The notes: a model not told the origin generated them from the sequence alone. Positions 19,410 to 29,090 are shown, numbered from the stretch's first letter. The stretch: 64,000 nucleotides of DNA from Candidatus Pacearchaeota archaeon (GCA_041649295.1 JBAZNI010000001.1:76720-140719), one strand, 5' to 3'. Translations and numbers: made by a program.

Positions 19410-19973
19410 CTAACAAAGAATACTTCTGATAACTCCCTGCCTTGATATCTTAAAATCTAAATCCATTGGAGAAACTAAATCTCCATTTTTGTATGCTTCA
19501 ATTTCCAATCTTATGCTTCCTTCAGGAGCATCATCAGGAATTTCCAGTGTAATTGCTTTTATTGGTTCCCTACTGCTTGGGCTTACTTCTCTTGGGCCCC
19601 ATGAATCTCTTTGACTTGGAACCCAGTCATTTAAATCAATATTATTCGGCATATTTGTAGAACTTATTTTAATCATTTTTATTTCATACCTGCCTCCCTG
19701 CGGAGAATTAATTGAGCAATAAATATAATTTGTACCTGGGGGCATTGTTTTTGCTTCCTGACTTCCGATACAAACAACCTCTCCTCTAGAAGTTTCAAAA
19801 AGAGAATTTATCTCATTTTCAATTTTTTTATTAAGGTCTTGCGTGAACCCAATTGCCCCGCACATAATTGACCTTAAAAAAACAAATCCTAAAATTAATA
19901 TCACCACAGATAAAACAACTACAACAATCGTTGTCATTCCTAATTCAATTGCTGCCTTTTTATGTTTCAGCAT
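19410..19973 (-). CDS. Secreted or pilin-like protein with a possible class III signal peptide
   Basis: MLKHKKAAIELGMTTIVVVVLSVVILILGFVFL N-terminus, then soluble domain. Confidence 0.35.
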   Translation of the reverse strand: MLKHKKAAIELGMTTIVVVVLSVVILILGFVFLRSIMCGAIGFTQDLNKKIENEINSLFETSRGEVVCIGSQEAKTMPPGTNYIYCSINSPQGGRYEIKMIKISSTNMPNNIDLNDWVPSQRDSWGPREVSPSSREPIKAITLEIPDDAPEGSIRLEIEAYKNGDLVSPMDLDFKISRQGVIRSILC

Positions 19974-19974
19974 T

Positions 19975-20247
19975 TTATATCTTTATCAATTTTCTTACTA
20001 ATTTAATAACAAGGAAGATTAACGCAGATGCTAAAATTAATCCAATGCCATCTATAGTTCTTGTAAAGTCTGTAAGTAGTAAATAAACCCCATAGATAAA
20101 CACTATAAGCAAAACAAGATAAACAAACCAAAATGTTCCGGTTTTAATTTTGCTTGGTTTATATCCTACATAATTTTTCTTTCTCATCTCTTTTTTAGAA
20201 CTTTTTGTTTTTCTTCTTGCTATCTTTTTAGAAATTTTCTTTGCCAT
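19975..20247 (-). CDS. Small basic membrane protein
   Basis: Lys-rich N-terminus plus two TM helices. Confidence 0.3.
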   Translation of the reverse strand: MAKKISKKIARRKTKSSKKEMRKKNYVGYKPSKIKTGTFWFVYLVLLIVFIYGVYLLLTDFTRTIDGIGLILASALIFLVIKLVRKLIKI

Positions 20248-20302
20248 TTATCACCTTTTTATATTTTAATTAGTTAAAAGCCATTTATAAAAGTTTCTTT
20301 TA

Positions 20303-20374
20303 TGGGGCCCCCGTGAATCGAACACGGTACACCTACGTCTTCAGCGTAGTGCTCTCCCAATGAGCTAGGACCCC
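20303..20374 (-). tRNA. tRNA-Phe(GAA)
   Basis: Hand-folded cloverleaf: acceptor GGGGTCC/GGGCCCC, anticodon loop CTGAAGA, T-loop TTCGATT, discriminator A. Confidence 0.85.
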
Positions 20375-20465
20375 TTAACAAAATAAGTAATAGTGGTTTT
20401 TTAAAGGTTGTGAGAATCTAGATTTGTAGGCAAATCAATTTTTTGATATTATCTTTTTAATAATT

Positions 20466-20750
20466 ATCAACGAGCGAGTTAGAGATAGGCCACATTCTGT
20501 TGTTTGTCCTTTAAGGAATCAAACATGCTAACATCTGACTATGCGGTTTTAAACCTTGCACCAACCAGGATGCTCGTTCCAGCCCAAAAGGGTATCGTTT
20601 CTATCTCATTGCCCTGCCTCACGACAGTATTCTTTCGAATATGGTTATAAGTGGTGTGCGGACCTTCCTCAGACACAGAGAATTCATTTTTAATTCTTGT
20701 TGATTTAACAACACTGCACCGAAGTTAGCTGTCTAACTCGCTCTGAAAAA
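20466..20750 (-). ncRNA. Candidate structured RNA (SRP 7S RNA or minimal RNase P RNA) closed by a 12-17 bp terminal helix
   Basis: GC-enriched about 285-nt island between tRNA-Phe and the next gene. Ends CGAGCGAGTTAGAgAtAG ... cTgTCTAACTCGCTC are inverted repeats. Minus-sense has GAGGAAGGUCCGCAC (CR-I-like), ACAGAAUGUGGCCUA (CR-V-like) and GGAACGAGCA (SRP helix-8-like). Identity and strand are uncertain. Confidence 0.3.
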
Positions 20751-20795
20751 TACCAGAATACAAATGTTTAAAAACCTTTTCTTTATTGAAAATCT

Positions 20796-21620
20796 ATGTT
20801 AGACGAAGTTTTAAACACAGCAGAGGACTTAGTAATAATCGGCAAGTCAGGAACAAAAGGCAAATATGTTTTTGCTTTTCCACTAAAAGGAGAAGTTGCA
20901 AAACACTATTTTTATAAAACTCTTGCAGATGGAGAAGAAAGAAACGTAGCTGGTTTTAAAGAGTACTGGCAATTTGATGATAAAACAGGATTAATAACTG
21001 GCTCAAGCACTTTTTTAGCTTTAAGACTTGATGAAGCAGTTAGAGCAGATGGTTTTTGGATACCAGATATAGAAGAAGCATTATTTTTAGATAAAGAAAG
21101 AAGATTAACAAATGGAGTTTACAGAGATTATGGATTAGCTGTTTTTAATGATAGAGAACCTAATCAAGAAGTGGCAAATGAAATTATTAGTAAATCTGGG
21201 AATAGAGAACTGCCATTAATTATCCCTTTTAAAGATGTGGCTCATAGACTAGATGGAAATTTCCCTTATGGTGTTGCAATTTCTTTAGTTGATAATCCTT
21301 CTGGATTAAAATCAGGAGAACAAGCGCAGAAAATTTTAAGCAGGTTTAATTATGTTGGAGATTCTGGGGCGTGCAGGGTTTATCGCTACAGGTACAGCGG
21401 TTGGTTTGCTGGCTTGGACGGGTTGGGCGGCTCTGGCTCCGGTGGTCGGGGGGATTTTTTGTGTGGCGAAGCCACACGCGCTGATTTGTTAAGTGCCCAT
21501 GATGGTTTACTTAAAAGAAGATATGATGCTAAACTTTTTGAATTAGCAAAAGAAGAAAAAAGATTGTTAGCACAGCAGGATAAAGAACAAATGTCTTTCT
21601 TAGAACAAATTGGCATGTAA
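20796..21620 (+). CDS. DGR target (variable) protein, cytoplasmic, unknown fold
   Basis: 274 aa, no signal peptide. C-terminal segment encoded by 21366-21450 (ACRVYRYRYSGWFAGLDGLGGSGSGGR) is the variable repeat. Confidence 0.6.
   Translation: MLDEVLNTAEDLVIIGKSGTKGKYVFAFPLKGEVAKHYFYKTLADGEERNVAGFKEYWQFDDKTGLITGSSTFLALRLDEAVRADGFWIPDIEEALFLDKERRLTNGVYRDYGLAVFNDREPNQEVANEIISKSGNRELPLIIPFKDVAHRLDGNFPYGVAISLVDNPSGLKSGEQAQKILSRFNYVGDSGACRVYRYRYSGWFAGLDGLGGSGSGGRGDFLCGEATRADLLSAHDGLLKRRYDAKLFELAKEEKRLLAQQDKEQMSFLEQIGM
21366..21450 (+). repeat. DGR variable repeat (VR)
   Basis: 85-bp match to 21840-21924 with about 18 mismatches, all at positions where the other copy has A; non-A positions 100% identical. 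Confidence 0.75.
21461..21477 (+). other. GC hairpin (GTGTGGC-GAA-GCCACAC) immediately 3-prime of VR
   Basis: Perfect 7-bp stem with GAA loop, 10 nt after the VR; resembles the hairpin found after IMH in DGR targets. Confidence 0.5.
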
Positions 21621-21839
21621 ATTATATAAACCAATGTTTCTTTTTAAGATTCCTAGCCATTAAATGGCTGGGCCACACGCCAATTAATTAGCACATCATT
21701 TAGATTTATTTTAAGTCATGAAATTCAACTACGACAATTAGTAGTTATGATATGAATGCGAAACTTGAAGTAGTGGTGCTCTGTCGTTAAGACACTAGGA
21801 GGCTCCTTTTTAGGAGAGATTAATTGGCTACAAAGTTGG

Positions 21840-21924
21840 AGGGCGTGCAGGGTTTATCGCAACAGGAACAGCGATTGGAATGCTAACTTGAACAAGTTAG
21901 GCGACTCTGACTCCAATGGTCAAA
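21840..21924 (+). repeat. DGR template repeat (TR), non-coding, adenine-rich
   Basis: Intergenic. In the VR reading frame it is rich in AAC/AAT/GAC codons (N R N S D W N A N L N K L G D S D S N G Q). Confidence 0.75.
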
Positions 21925-22014
21925 TGGCTCAAATATGGCTAGGATATTATTTCAGATAAAACAGACTAAAAGATTTTTAAAAATCTTTTTATATGGTGAT
22001 ATCTTTAATTTTTT

Positions 22015-24678
22015 ATGGATTATTACACCTTGAAAAAAGAAGATGTTTTGAAAGAATTAAAAACCGGCTTTAACGGGCTTTCAAACACAGAAGCAAAAAA
22101 AAGAATAGTTCAATATGGCTCTAATGTAATTTTAAAACAAAAAACAATAAACCCATTTTTTTTATTTATCCAGCAGTTTAACAGCGCTTTAATCTATATA
22201 TTAATAATTGCTGCAGTTATTTCTTATATTTTTGGGCATATCGTTGATGTTTATATTATTGCAATAGTTATTTTAATTAATTCTCTTATTGGATTTTTAC
22301 AAAGCTATAGGGCGGAAAAATCAATTGATGCATTAAGAAAATTAATTGTGAGTTATGCAAAAGTTTACAGAGACGGAAAATTAACTAAACTGAAAGCAGA
22401 AGAATTAATTCCTGGAGATGTAATACTTTTAGAGCAGGGAGATAAAGTCCCTGCTGACTGCAGATTGCTGGAGCTAAAAAATCTTCAGACTGTCGAATCT
22501 TCTTTAACAGGAGAGAGTTTTCCTATAGATAAAAAAGACATAGTCCTCTCTCAGAAAACCCCTATTTCAGATATGGTTAATATGGTTTTTATGGGAACAT
22601 TTATTTCTAATGGCAGCTGCAAAGCAGTTGTTGTTGCAACAGATAATGAGACAGTTATAGGAAAATTAGCAAAAGAACTTCAAAGTGTTCAACATCCAAA
22701 ATCCCACTTTTCAAAAAAAACAAATATCTTAGCAAAACAGATGGCAGCTATTGCAGTTATAGGGGCATTAATCACTTTTTTGATAGGTTATTTTATTAGA
22801 GGTTTTGAATTTGCAGAGATTTTATTATTTACTATTGCCTCGCTAGTTTCTAGCATTCCAGAAGGATTGCCTGCAGTTCTTGCAATTGTTCTTGCAATTG
22901 GCGCATTTAGAATGTCAAAGAGAAACGCACTAATAAGGAAACTTCCTGCAACAGAAACTTTAGGAGTTGTTACAACAATTATAACTGATAAAACCGGAAC
23001 AATAACTGAAAATGTAATGTCTGTTGAAAAGATAATTATGCCCGGATATCCAGAGATTTCTATAACTGGCACTGCATGGATTCCAAAAGGGGAATTTATT
23101 CAGATAGGCAAGAGAATAAATCCGTCAGATAATCTTCAGCTAACAAAACTTTTAGCTATTTCAAAAATCTGCAATAATTCAAGGTTGCTAAAAGAAAGTG
23201 ATAATTATAGTATAATCGGGGACCCTACAGAAGCAGCACTTTTAGTATTAGGTGAAAAATCAAAAATGTCCTTAGATGAGGAAAAGATTGATGATATACC
23301 ATTTAACTCTGAATTAAAATACCGCGCTTCTTTAGTTGCATTAGTTAAAGAGGATAATATAAAGCAGATATATGTTGTTGGAGCTCCTGAAGAAATTATT
23401 AATTACTCCTCTCATTTTTTAAATAAAAATGCAAAAAAAATTCTTTCAAAAAAAGATATTTCAGAGATAATGGGGGGAATAGATAAATTGACTAAAGGGG
23501 GGATGAGAGTTCTTGCACTTGCTTATAAAAATACTTCTGCAGACATTAAATCAATTTCAAAAGAAAATATTAATGGATTAACTATCGTGGGAATAGTTGG
23601 AATAATGGACCCTCCGCGCCCAGAAGTTAAAGAAGCAATTGAGAGAGCTAAAAAAGCAGGGATAAGAGTGATAATGGCAACAGGAGACCATAAAGGAACT
23701 GCATTATCTGTTTCAAAAGAAATAGGCTTAGTAGATAATAATTATACTCAGGTTTTCACAGAATCAGAATTGAAATCTCTTTCAGAAAAAGAATTTTCAA
23801 AGGTTGTCATGACATATAATATTTTCGCGCGCCTTACTCCAGACATGAAATTAAGAATCGCTTCAGAATTACAGGCTCAGGGAGAAACAATTGCTATGAC
23901 TGGGGATGGTGTTAATGATGCTCTTGCTATTAAACGCGCAGATATAGGTATTGCAATGGGAGTAATAGGAACAGATGTAGCTCGTGAAAGCGCAGAGCTC
24001 GTTTTAGTAGATGATAATTTTGCGTCAATAATAAATGCAATTGAAGAAGGCAGGATTGTTTTTACAAATACAAGACAGGCAAGTTTTTTTCTTATAACTA
24101 CAAATTTCGCTGAAAACGCTACAATAATTCTTTCATTACTTGTAGGTATGCCTCTTCCACTTTTACCTACTCAAATATTATGGTTAAATCTAGTAACTGA
24201 TACTGGTTCTGGAGTTTCTCTTGCAGTTGAGCCCTCTTATAAAGATGTTTTGCACGAGAAACCAAGAAACCCTAAAGAAAACATTCTCTCAAAAGAAATA
24301 ATTCCATTTTTAGCAATTATGGTCGCTACAATGGTTGCTCTTACATATTTTATATTTAATTATTTCCTTGCATTTAGTGTTGAATCAGCAAGAACAGCTG
24401 CTTTTTCAGTTATGGCATTTACCCAGCTTTTTAATTTATTTAATATGCGTTCTCTGAAGAAATCCATTTTTAAAATAGGGTTTTTATCAAATAAATATAG
24501 TATATTTGCATTTGTTTTATCTGTACTTGCTGTTTTAGCTGTAATTTATATCCCTTTAATTCAAAAAGCATTCAACTTTGTTCCAATTGCATTTACAAGC
24601 ATGATTTTAATATTTATCCTTTCTTCATTGGTTCTTGTTTTTGGAGAAATCTACAAATTTGCGAAGAAGAAATTTTAA
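22015..24678 (+). CDS. P-type cation-transporting ATPase (P2-type)
   Basis: DKTGTITEN phosphorylation site, TGDGVNDALAIKRADIGIAMG hinge, 10 TM topology, 887 aa. Confidence 0.9.
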   Translation: MDYYTLKKEDVLKELKTGFNGLSNTEAKKRIVQYGSNVILKQKTINPFFLFIQQFNSALIYILIIAAVISYIFGHIVDVYIIAIVILINSLIGFLQSYRAEKSIDALRKLIVSYAKVYRDGKLTKLKAEELIPGDVILLEQGDKVPADCRLLELKNLQTVESSLTGESFPIDKKDIVLSQKTPISDMVNMVFMGTFISNGSCKAVVVATDNETVIGKLAKELQSVQHPKSHFSKKTNILAKQMAAIAVIGALITFLIGYFIRGFEFAEILLFTIASLVSSIPEGLPAVLAIVLAIGAFRMSKRNALIRKLPATETLGVVTTIITDKTGTITENVMSVEKIIMPGYPEISITGTAWIPKGEFIQIGKRINPSDNLQLTKLLAISKICNNSRLLKESDNYSIIGDPTEAALLVLGEKSKMSLDEEKIDDIPFNSELKYRASLVALVKEDNIKQIYVVGAPEEIINYSSHFLNKNAKKILSKKDISEIMGGIDKLTKGGMRVLALAYKNTSADIKSISKENINGLTIVGIVGIMDPPRPEVKEAIERAKKAGIRVIMATGDHKGTALSVSKEIGLVDNNYTQVFTESELKSLSEKEFSKVVMTYNIFARLTPDMKLRIASELQAQGETIAMTGDGVNDALAIKRADIGIAMGVIGTDVARESAELVLVDDNFASIINAIEEGRIVFTNTRQASFFLITTNFAENATIILSLLVGMPLPLLPTQILWLNLVTDTGSGVSLAVEPSYKDVLHEKPRNPKENILSKEIIPFLAIMVATMVALTYFIFNYFLAFSVESARTAAFSVMAFTQLFNLFNMRSLKKSIFKIGFLSNKYSIFAFVLSVLAVLAVIYIPLIQKAFNFVPIAFTSMILIFILSSLVLVFGEIYKFAKKKF

Positions 24679-24914
24679 CTTGTTAGTATTTGTTTACGAT
24701 TGCCATCATTCAAAACAGCTTCTATTTTTAGTTCAGAAGCCACCTTTCTAGCAATATCCATAGCATCTAATAAATTAAATCTTGATTCATATTCTTCACC
24801 GGAAGCATTCTCTGCCATATTACATAGAGCTCTATCTTCAAGAATTAACCTTACATTATATTGTATCCCTGAAAAATGGCTAACTTCTACATAAGGGCCC
24901 TGTTTTTCTACCAT
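24675..24914 (-). CDS. Hypothetical small protein
   Basis: 79-aa ORF overlapping ATPase stop by 4 nt. Confidence 0.3.
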   Translation of the reverse strand: MVEKQGPYVEVSHFSGIQYNVRLILEDRALCNMAENASGEEYESRFNLLDAMDIARKVASELKIEAVLNDGNRKQILTS

Positions 24915-25320
24915 AATTTTCCATAAATTGTGTGTTATTAAATATTTCGCTTATTAATTTATTCATAAATTGATTTTTACTCCGCGAAAATTACATAGTA
25001 CTACCTTTTAGTTAAATAGTATATAAATAAAAGTATATATTAAAGTATATATTTTATCAGGGTTTTGCTTATAAAACTTGATTGTTTTTTAGTGTTAAGG
25101 AGGTAGTGATTATGAGAATAAAAGTTACTTTTGACAACAAAAGAGGCGCTAGCTTATTCCCAGAAAAACACTTTGGACTTATTCAGGACTTAATAGAAAA
25201 ATATCCTAATGCCCTTTGGAGAAAAATCAGCAACAAAAACGGACAACAGGGATACGAGTTAGAAGTGTAGTTTATTTCTTTTCCTTTTCCTTTTTATGTT
25301 TTTATTCCTCTTTTGCAGTT

Positions 25321-25773
25321 TTACCTTTTAGATGGTTCAATGAAAAACCCTTCTCTTGCAATAAATGCACGATTTGATTCAAATAAATTTATTACTTTGT
25401 CAGGAATAAAAGGCATGGCAACTTCCTCGCATAATTTTGCTAAGCCAAACCAGTGAGTTGACTCTAAAACAATAATATTATTTCCTGCTCCGGCATTAAC
25501 AACCCCAATTCTTTGACAGCAGTTGCCAGTGTCTAATTCATTAGCATAACAATTCTCTTTCCAAAATGCAGCATAAGCTCGATATAAACTTCTATACCCT
25601 CTTTGATTTACTTTAGTTCTTACATCTGAAACCCCCTTACATAATCTATCCTCATGTAACCCAACTAGAGAATAAGCTGGGAAAATACCTATATCCAAAA
25701 GTGCACCAGCTTTCTGGGAATCTTCAGGAAATTTGCAATAAACTAGTCTAAATCCTAAATTAGTATTTGTCAT
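25321..25773 (-). CDS. Hypothetical protein (GC-richer)
   Basis: 150 aa; own TATA element 25789-25812 upstream. Confidence 0.4.
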   Translation of the reverse strand: MTNTNLGFRLVYCKFPEDSQKAGALLDIGIFPAYSLVGLHEDRLCKGVSDVRTKVNQRGYRSLYRAYAAFWKENCYANELDTGNCCQRIGVVNAGAGNNIIVLESTHWFGLAKLCEEVAMPFIPDKVINLFESNRAFIAREGFFIEPSKR

Positions 25774-25840
25774 ATTTTTGCATATCCTTCGAGTTTTTAA
25801 ATTTTTATATAATCTAAAATGTTCTCCAAACCAACTTATC

Positions 25841-26167
25841 TTATTTGATATTTAACTCAATAGAATTTATTAAAAAATCTGAATCAAGAGAATCTTTAAG
25901 TATCTTTGAAACTCTTGTGATTGCACCAGTTTGAACACTATCGCGATTATCATTTTGGGCGACATCTATCTTATAATAGGCCCCGGGTTTTGCTTCTAAA
26001 ACAATTCCTCTCTTTAAGTCACCTACACAAATTTCGCTTTTGTCATTTAATCTATAAGCTTTTATTAACATTTTACTCAATGATAAGCTATAAACTCTTA
26101 TTTTTAAATTTTTATATAGTCTAAATCTGCTTTTTTGTGTTTTATCATCGAGCAGATACAGACTCAT
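25841..26167 (-). CDS. Hypothetical small protein (true start probably internal Met near 26071)
   Basis: The first 32 codons overlap a promoter-like element; the shorter 76-aa version fits the promoter spacing. Confidence 0.35.
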   Translation of the reverse strand: MSLYLLDDKTQKSRFRLYKNLKIRVYSLSLSKMLIKAYRLNDKSEICVGDLKRGIVLEAKPGAYYKIDVAQNDNRDSVQTGAITRVSKILKDSLDSDFLINSIELNIK

Positions 26168-26426
26168 TAATTTTTTGAACTAATCTACCTATTCTATCTT
26201 CTAATTGGGCATATGCTGATGCAATTAAAATTCCCGTTTTATCTCTTCTATTAGCTCCAATAAATCTACCATCTCTATCAGTAACATAAGGTTTTAAATT
26301 TTCAATATGTTGTTTTGCATTAAGAAGGTCCTGAATTAAACCTCCTAGACATAGATCAGATGAGGGAGTATAATCATAAAGATATTTTCTTGCTTCTTCC
26401 AATACCTTTCTTTTATGAAATAACAT
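26145..26426 (-). CDS. Hypothetical small protein
   Basis: 93-aa ORF. Confidence 0.35.
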   Translation of the reverse strand: MLFHKRKVLEEARKYLYDYTPSSDLCLGGLIQDLLNAKQHIENLKPYVTDRDGRFIGANRRDKTGILIASAYAQLEDRIGRLVQKINESVSAR

Positions 26427-26451
26427 AAAGAATTTAGCTTTAGGACCTTTT

Positions 26452-26467
26452 TAAAAATTTATATAAT
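26452..26467 (+). promoter_or_regulatory. Archaeal BRE/TATA box (AAATTTATATA) about 21 nt upstream of ATG at 26487; leaderless transcript likely
   Basis: The same AAATTTTTATATA(A/G)TCTAAA element recurs at 25789-25812 and 26101-26127 in front of the minus-strand small genes. Confidence 0.5.
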
Positions 26468-26486
26468 CTTATTATTAACTAGATTT

Positions 26487-27524
26487 ATGGTTCATAAACA
26501 AAAGATATTCATAAAGACATATGGCTGCCAGGCTAACATAAATGACTCAGAGATTATGGCAGCCTTATTTAGCAGAAAGTATCAGATTGCTGACAGCGAA
26601 AACAGCGCAGATATAATCTTTATTAATTCCTGCGCTGTCAAAAACAAAACACAGTCAAAAATACTAGATTATATTAAAAAACACAAAGACAAAAAAATAA
26701 TTGTTGGAGGGTGTTTAGTAAAAACATTGGATATTAAAAAACAATTTCCAAAAGTAAAAACAATTGATACAATAAATCTCCAAAGATTAGGAAAAGAGTT
26801 AATACGAAATAAGAAAAACATAGCAATTATCCAGATTTCTCAAGGATGCATGAATAACTGCACTTATTGTGCAACAAGATTAGCAAAAGGAAAACTAAAA
26901 TCTTATCCTATTAAAAAAATAAAACTTGAATTAAAAAAAGCAGTTGATGAAGAAATAAAAACAATTTACATTACTAGCCAAGATAACGGGTGTTATGGAA
27001 AAGACACAGAAACAAATTTAGTTGAATTATTAAGAGAATTGATAAAAGTAGAAAGAGACTATAAAATTAGAATAGGCATGTCTAACCCTCAATATGTTGT
27101 GAAATATTTAGATGAATTATTATCAGTTATGGAAAATAAAAAAATAATAAAATTCCTGCATATTCCTGTTCAGTCAGGAAGCAATAAAGTTTTAAAAGAT
27201 ATGAAAAGAGGGCATAGCTCAGAAGATTTTGTAATAATAGTAAATAAATTTAGGAAAAAATTTCCAAGGCAAAAATTCCCGGACTCAACAATAGCAACAG
27301 ATATTATTGTAGGATATCCAACTGAAACAGAAGATGATTTTCAAAAAACATTAAATTTAATAAAAAACACTAAACCTGAAGTATTAAATATCTCTGCATT
27401 TTCCAGCAGAGCAGGAACTCCTGCCTCAAGGTTAAAACAACTCTCAAGTGAAATAATAAAACAAAGAACTAAAAAGTTAAATGATATTTATAGGGAATAT
27501 AGAAAGGAGTTAAAGGGTAGTTAA
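26487..27524 (+). CDS. MiaB/MtaB-family tRNA methylthiotransferase (MTTase N-domain plus radical SAM, no TRAM domain)
   Basis: YGCQAN...NSC N-terminal cluster cysteines; GCMNNCTYC radical-SAM motif. Confidence 0.8.
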   Translation: MVHKQKIFIKTYGCQANINDSEIMAALFSRKYQIADSENSADIIFINSCAVKNKTQSKILDYIKKHKDKKIIVGGCLVKTLDIKKQFPKVKTIDTINLQRLGKELIRNKKNIAIIQISQGCMNNCTYCATRLAKGKLKSYPIKKIKLELKKAVDEEIKTIYITSQDNGCYGKDTETNLVELLRELIKVERDYKIRIGMSNPQYVVKYLDELLSVMENKKIIKFLHIPVQSGSNKVLKDMKRGHSSEDFVIIVNKFRKKFPRQKFPDSTIATDIIVGYPTETEDDFQKTLNLIKNTKPEVLNISAFSSRAGTPASRLKQLSSEIIKQRTKKLNDIYREYRKELKGS

Positions 27525-27770
27525 AAATATCTCTAATTCCGGAGGAGTTAGACCTGTTCTAATATTTAGAGGAACTACTTTTTTATAATGTTCTGCAGTT
27601 AATCTTAAACTTTCTTTAGCTTCTTCTATAAGAATATCCACCCCCGCATGTTCTTCTTCTGTATGGACAAATGTTTTTCTTTTTTGCATTTCTTGGAATA
27701 ATGTAAATTCTTTTATAAGATCTCCATAAGCCATTGCAATAATTATTGTGCTATCACGATTATATTCCAT
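27510..27770 (-). CDS. MTH1187/YkoF-like small protein
   Basis: 86 aa; weak resemblance to the thiamin-binding MTH1187 fold family. Confidence 0.35.
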   Translation of the reverse strand: MEYNRDSTIIIAMAYGDLIKEFTLFQEMQKRKTFVHTEEEHAGVDILIEEAKESLRLTAEHYKKVVPLNIRTGLTPPELEIFLTTL

Positions 27771-27830
27771 AAATCTTCTTAACCGAGTATATTTTTAAAT
27801 ATTTATATACTAATTCTTATAACAAAATAT

Positions 27831-29090
27831 ATGGAAATTAGAATGATAAAAAAACCAAACTTAATGTCACCAGTCGGTAATTTTGAAAGCTTAGCAGCTG
27901 CTATAAAAGCAGGTGCTGACAGTGTTTATTTTGGCGTCGGAAAACTAAACATGCGTTCGCGCTCATCGATTAATTTTACATTAAAAGATTTGGAAAAAAT
28001 TGTTAAAACATGCAAAAAAGCAGGTGTCAAAACATACCTTACTTTAAACACAGTTATGTATGACGAAGATTTAAGTGAAATAAAAAAAATATGCGATGCT
28101 GCGAAAAAATCTGGAATTGATGCTGTAATTGCAACAGACATAGCAGTAATTGAATATTGCAATAAAATTAAATTAAGTGTTCACATGTCAACTCAGACAA
28201 ATATATCAAATATCGACGCTGTTAAGTTTTATTCTAAATATGCTGATGTAATTGTTTTAGCGCGAGAATTAAATTTAGAACAAATTGCTAAAATAATAAA
28301 TCAAATTAAAAAAGAAAAAATAAAAGGCAAAAATGGCGAGCTCATAAAAATAGAAATCTTTATCCATGGCGCAATGTGCGTTTCTATATCTGGAAAATGC
28401 TCTATGTCTTTAGCTTTGTATAATAAAAGTGCTAATAGAGGTGAGTGCCTGCAGACATGCCGTCGTAAATTTTTAGTAAAAGACAAAGAAACAGGAGATG
28501 AATTAGAAATTGACAACGAATATATTATGTCTCCTAAAGATTTGTGCACTATAAGATTTTTAGACAAATTAATTGAAGCAGGAGTTGATGTTTTTAAAAT
28601 AGAAGGCAGAGGAAGAAGTGCAGATTATGTTTACAAAGTTGTTTCTGCTTATAGAAAAGCAATTGATGAATATTTTAATAAAACTTTGACTAAAGAAAAA
28701 ATAAAAGATTATGAAAAAGAATTATCGACTGTATTTAACAGAGGTTTCTGGCACGGAGGATATTATTTAGGAAATAAACTGGGTGAGTGGAGTGGCAGTT
28801 ATGGAAGCAAAGCAGAAATTGAAAAGCATTTTATAGGTATTGTAAAACATTATTTTCCAAAAGCAAAAATAGCAGAGTTAGAAATGCAAAAAGAATCTTT
28901 GAAAATTGGAGATGAAATTTTAATAACCGGAGATGTAACTGGAGTTATTAACTGCAAAATAACCAGTATTTACAAAAATGAAAAGCCGGTAAATTCTGTA
29001 AAAAAATCTGATGAAGATGTTACAATTAAAGTTCCTGAAAAAGTCAGAAAAAATGATAAGATTTATGTTTTGAAGAGGAGAAAAGAATAA
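27831..29090 (+). CDS. Peptidase U32 family protein
   Basis: GADSVYFG, conserved E...C...C core of U32 collagenase-like proteins, 419 aa. Confidence 0.8.
   Translation: MEIRMIKKPNLMSPVGNFESLAAAIKAGADSVYFGVGKLNMRSRSSINFTLKDLEKIVKTCKKAGVKTYLTLNTVMYDEDLSEIKKICDAAKKSGIDAVIATDIAVIEYCNKIKLSVHMSTQTNISNIDAVKFYSKYADVIVLARELNLEQIAKIINQIKKEKIKGKNGELIKIEIFIHGAMCVSISGKCSMSLALYNKSANRGECLQTCRRKFLVKDKETGDELEIDNEYIMSPKDLCTIRFLDKLIEAGVDVFKIEGRGRSADYVYKVVSAYRKAIDEYFNKTLTKEKIKDYEKELSTVFNRGFWHGGYYLGNKLGEWSGSYGSKAEIEKHFIGIVKHYFPKAKIAELEMQKESLKIGDEILITGDVTGVINCKITSIYKNEKPVNSVKKSDEDVTIKVPEKVRKNDKIYVLKRRKE

Noticed and set aside
22015-24678. DGR reverse transcriptase immediately downstream of the TR
   Set aside because: The ORF is unambiguously a P-type ATPase (DKTGT, TGDGVNDA), with no YxDD or RT motifs.
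25321-25773. GFRLV motif suggesting an FGE/C-type-lectin DGR target
   Set aside because: The motif is at the N-terminus rather than the C-terminal VR position. There is no TR match and the rest does not fit the CLec consensus.
25773-26130. Apparent conserved peptide FRLYKNLK(I/T)R in two adjacent small proteins
   Set aside because: It is the translation of the repeated TATA/BRE promoter box in a non-coding frame, not protein homology.
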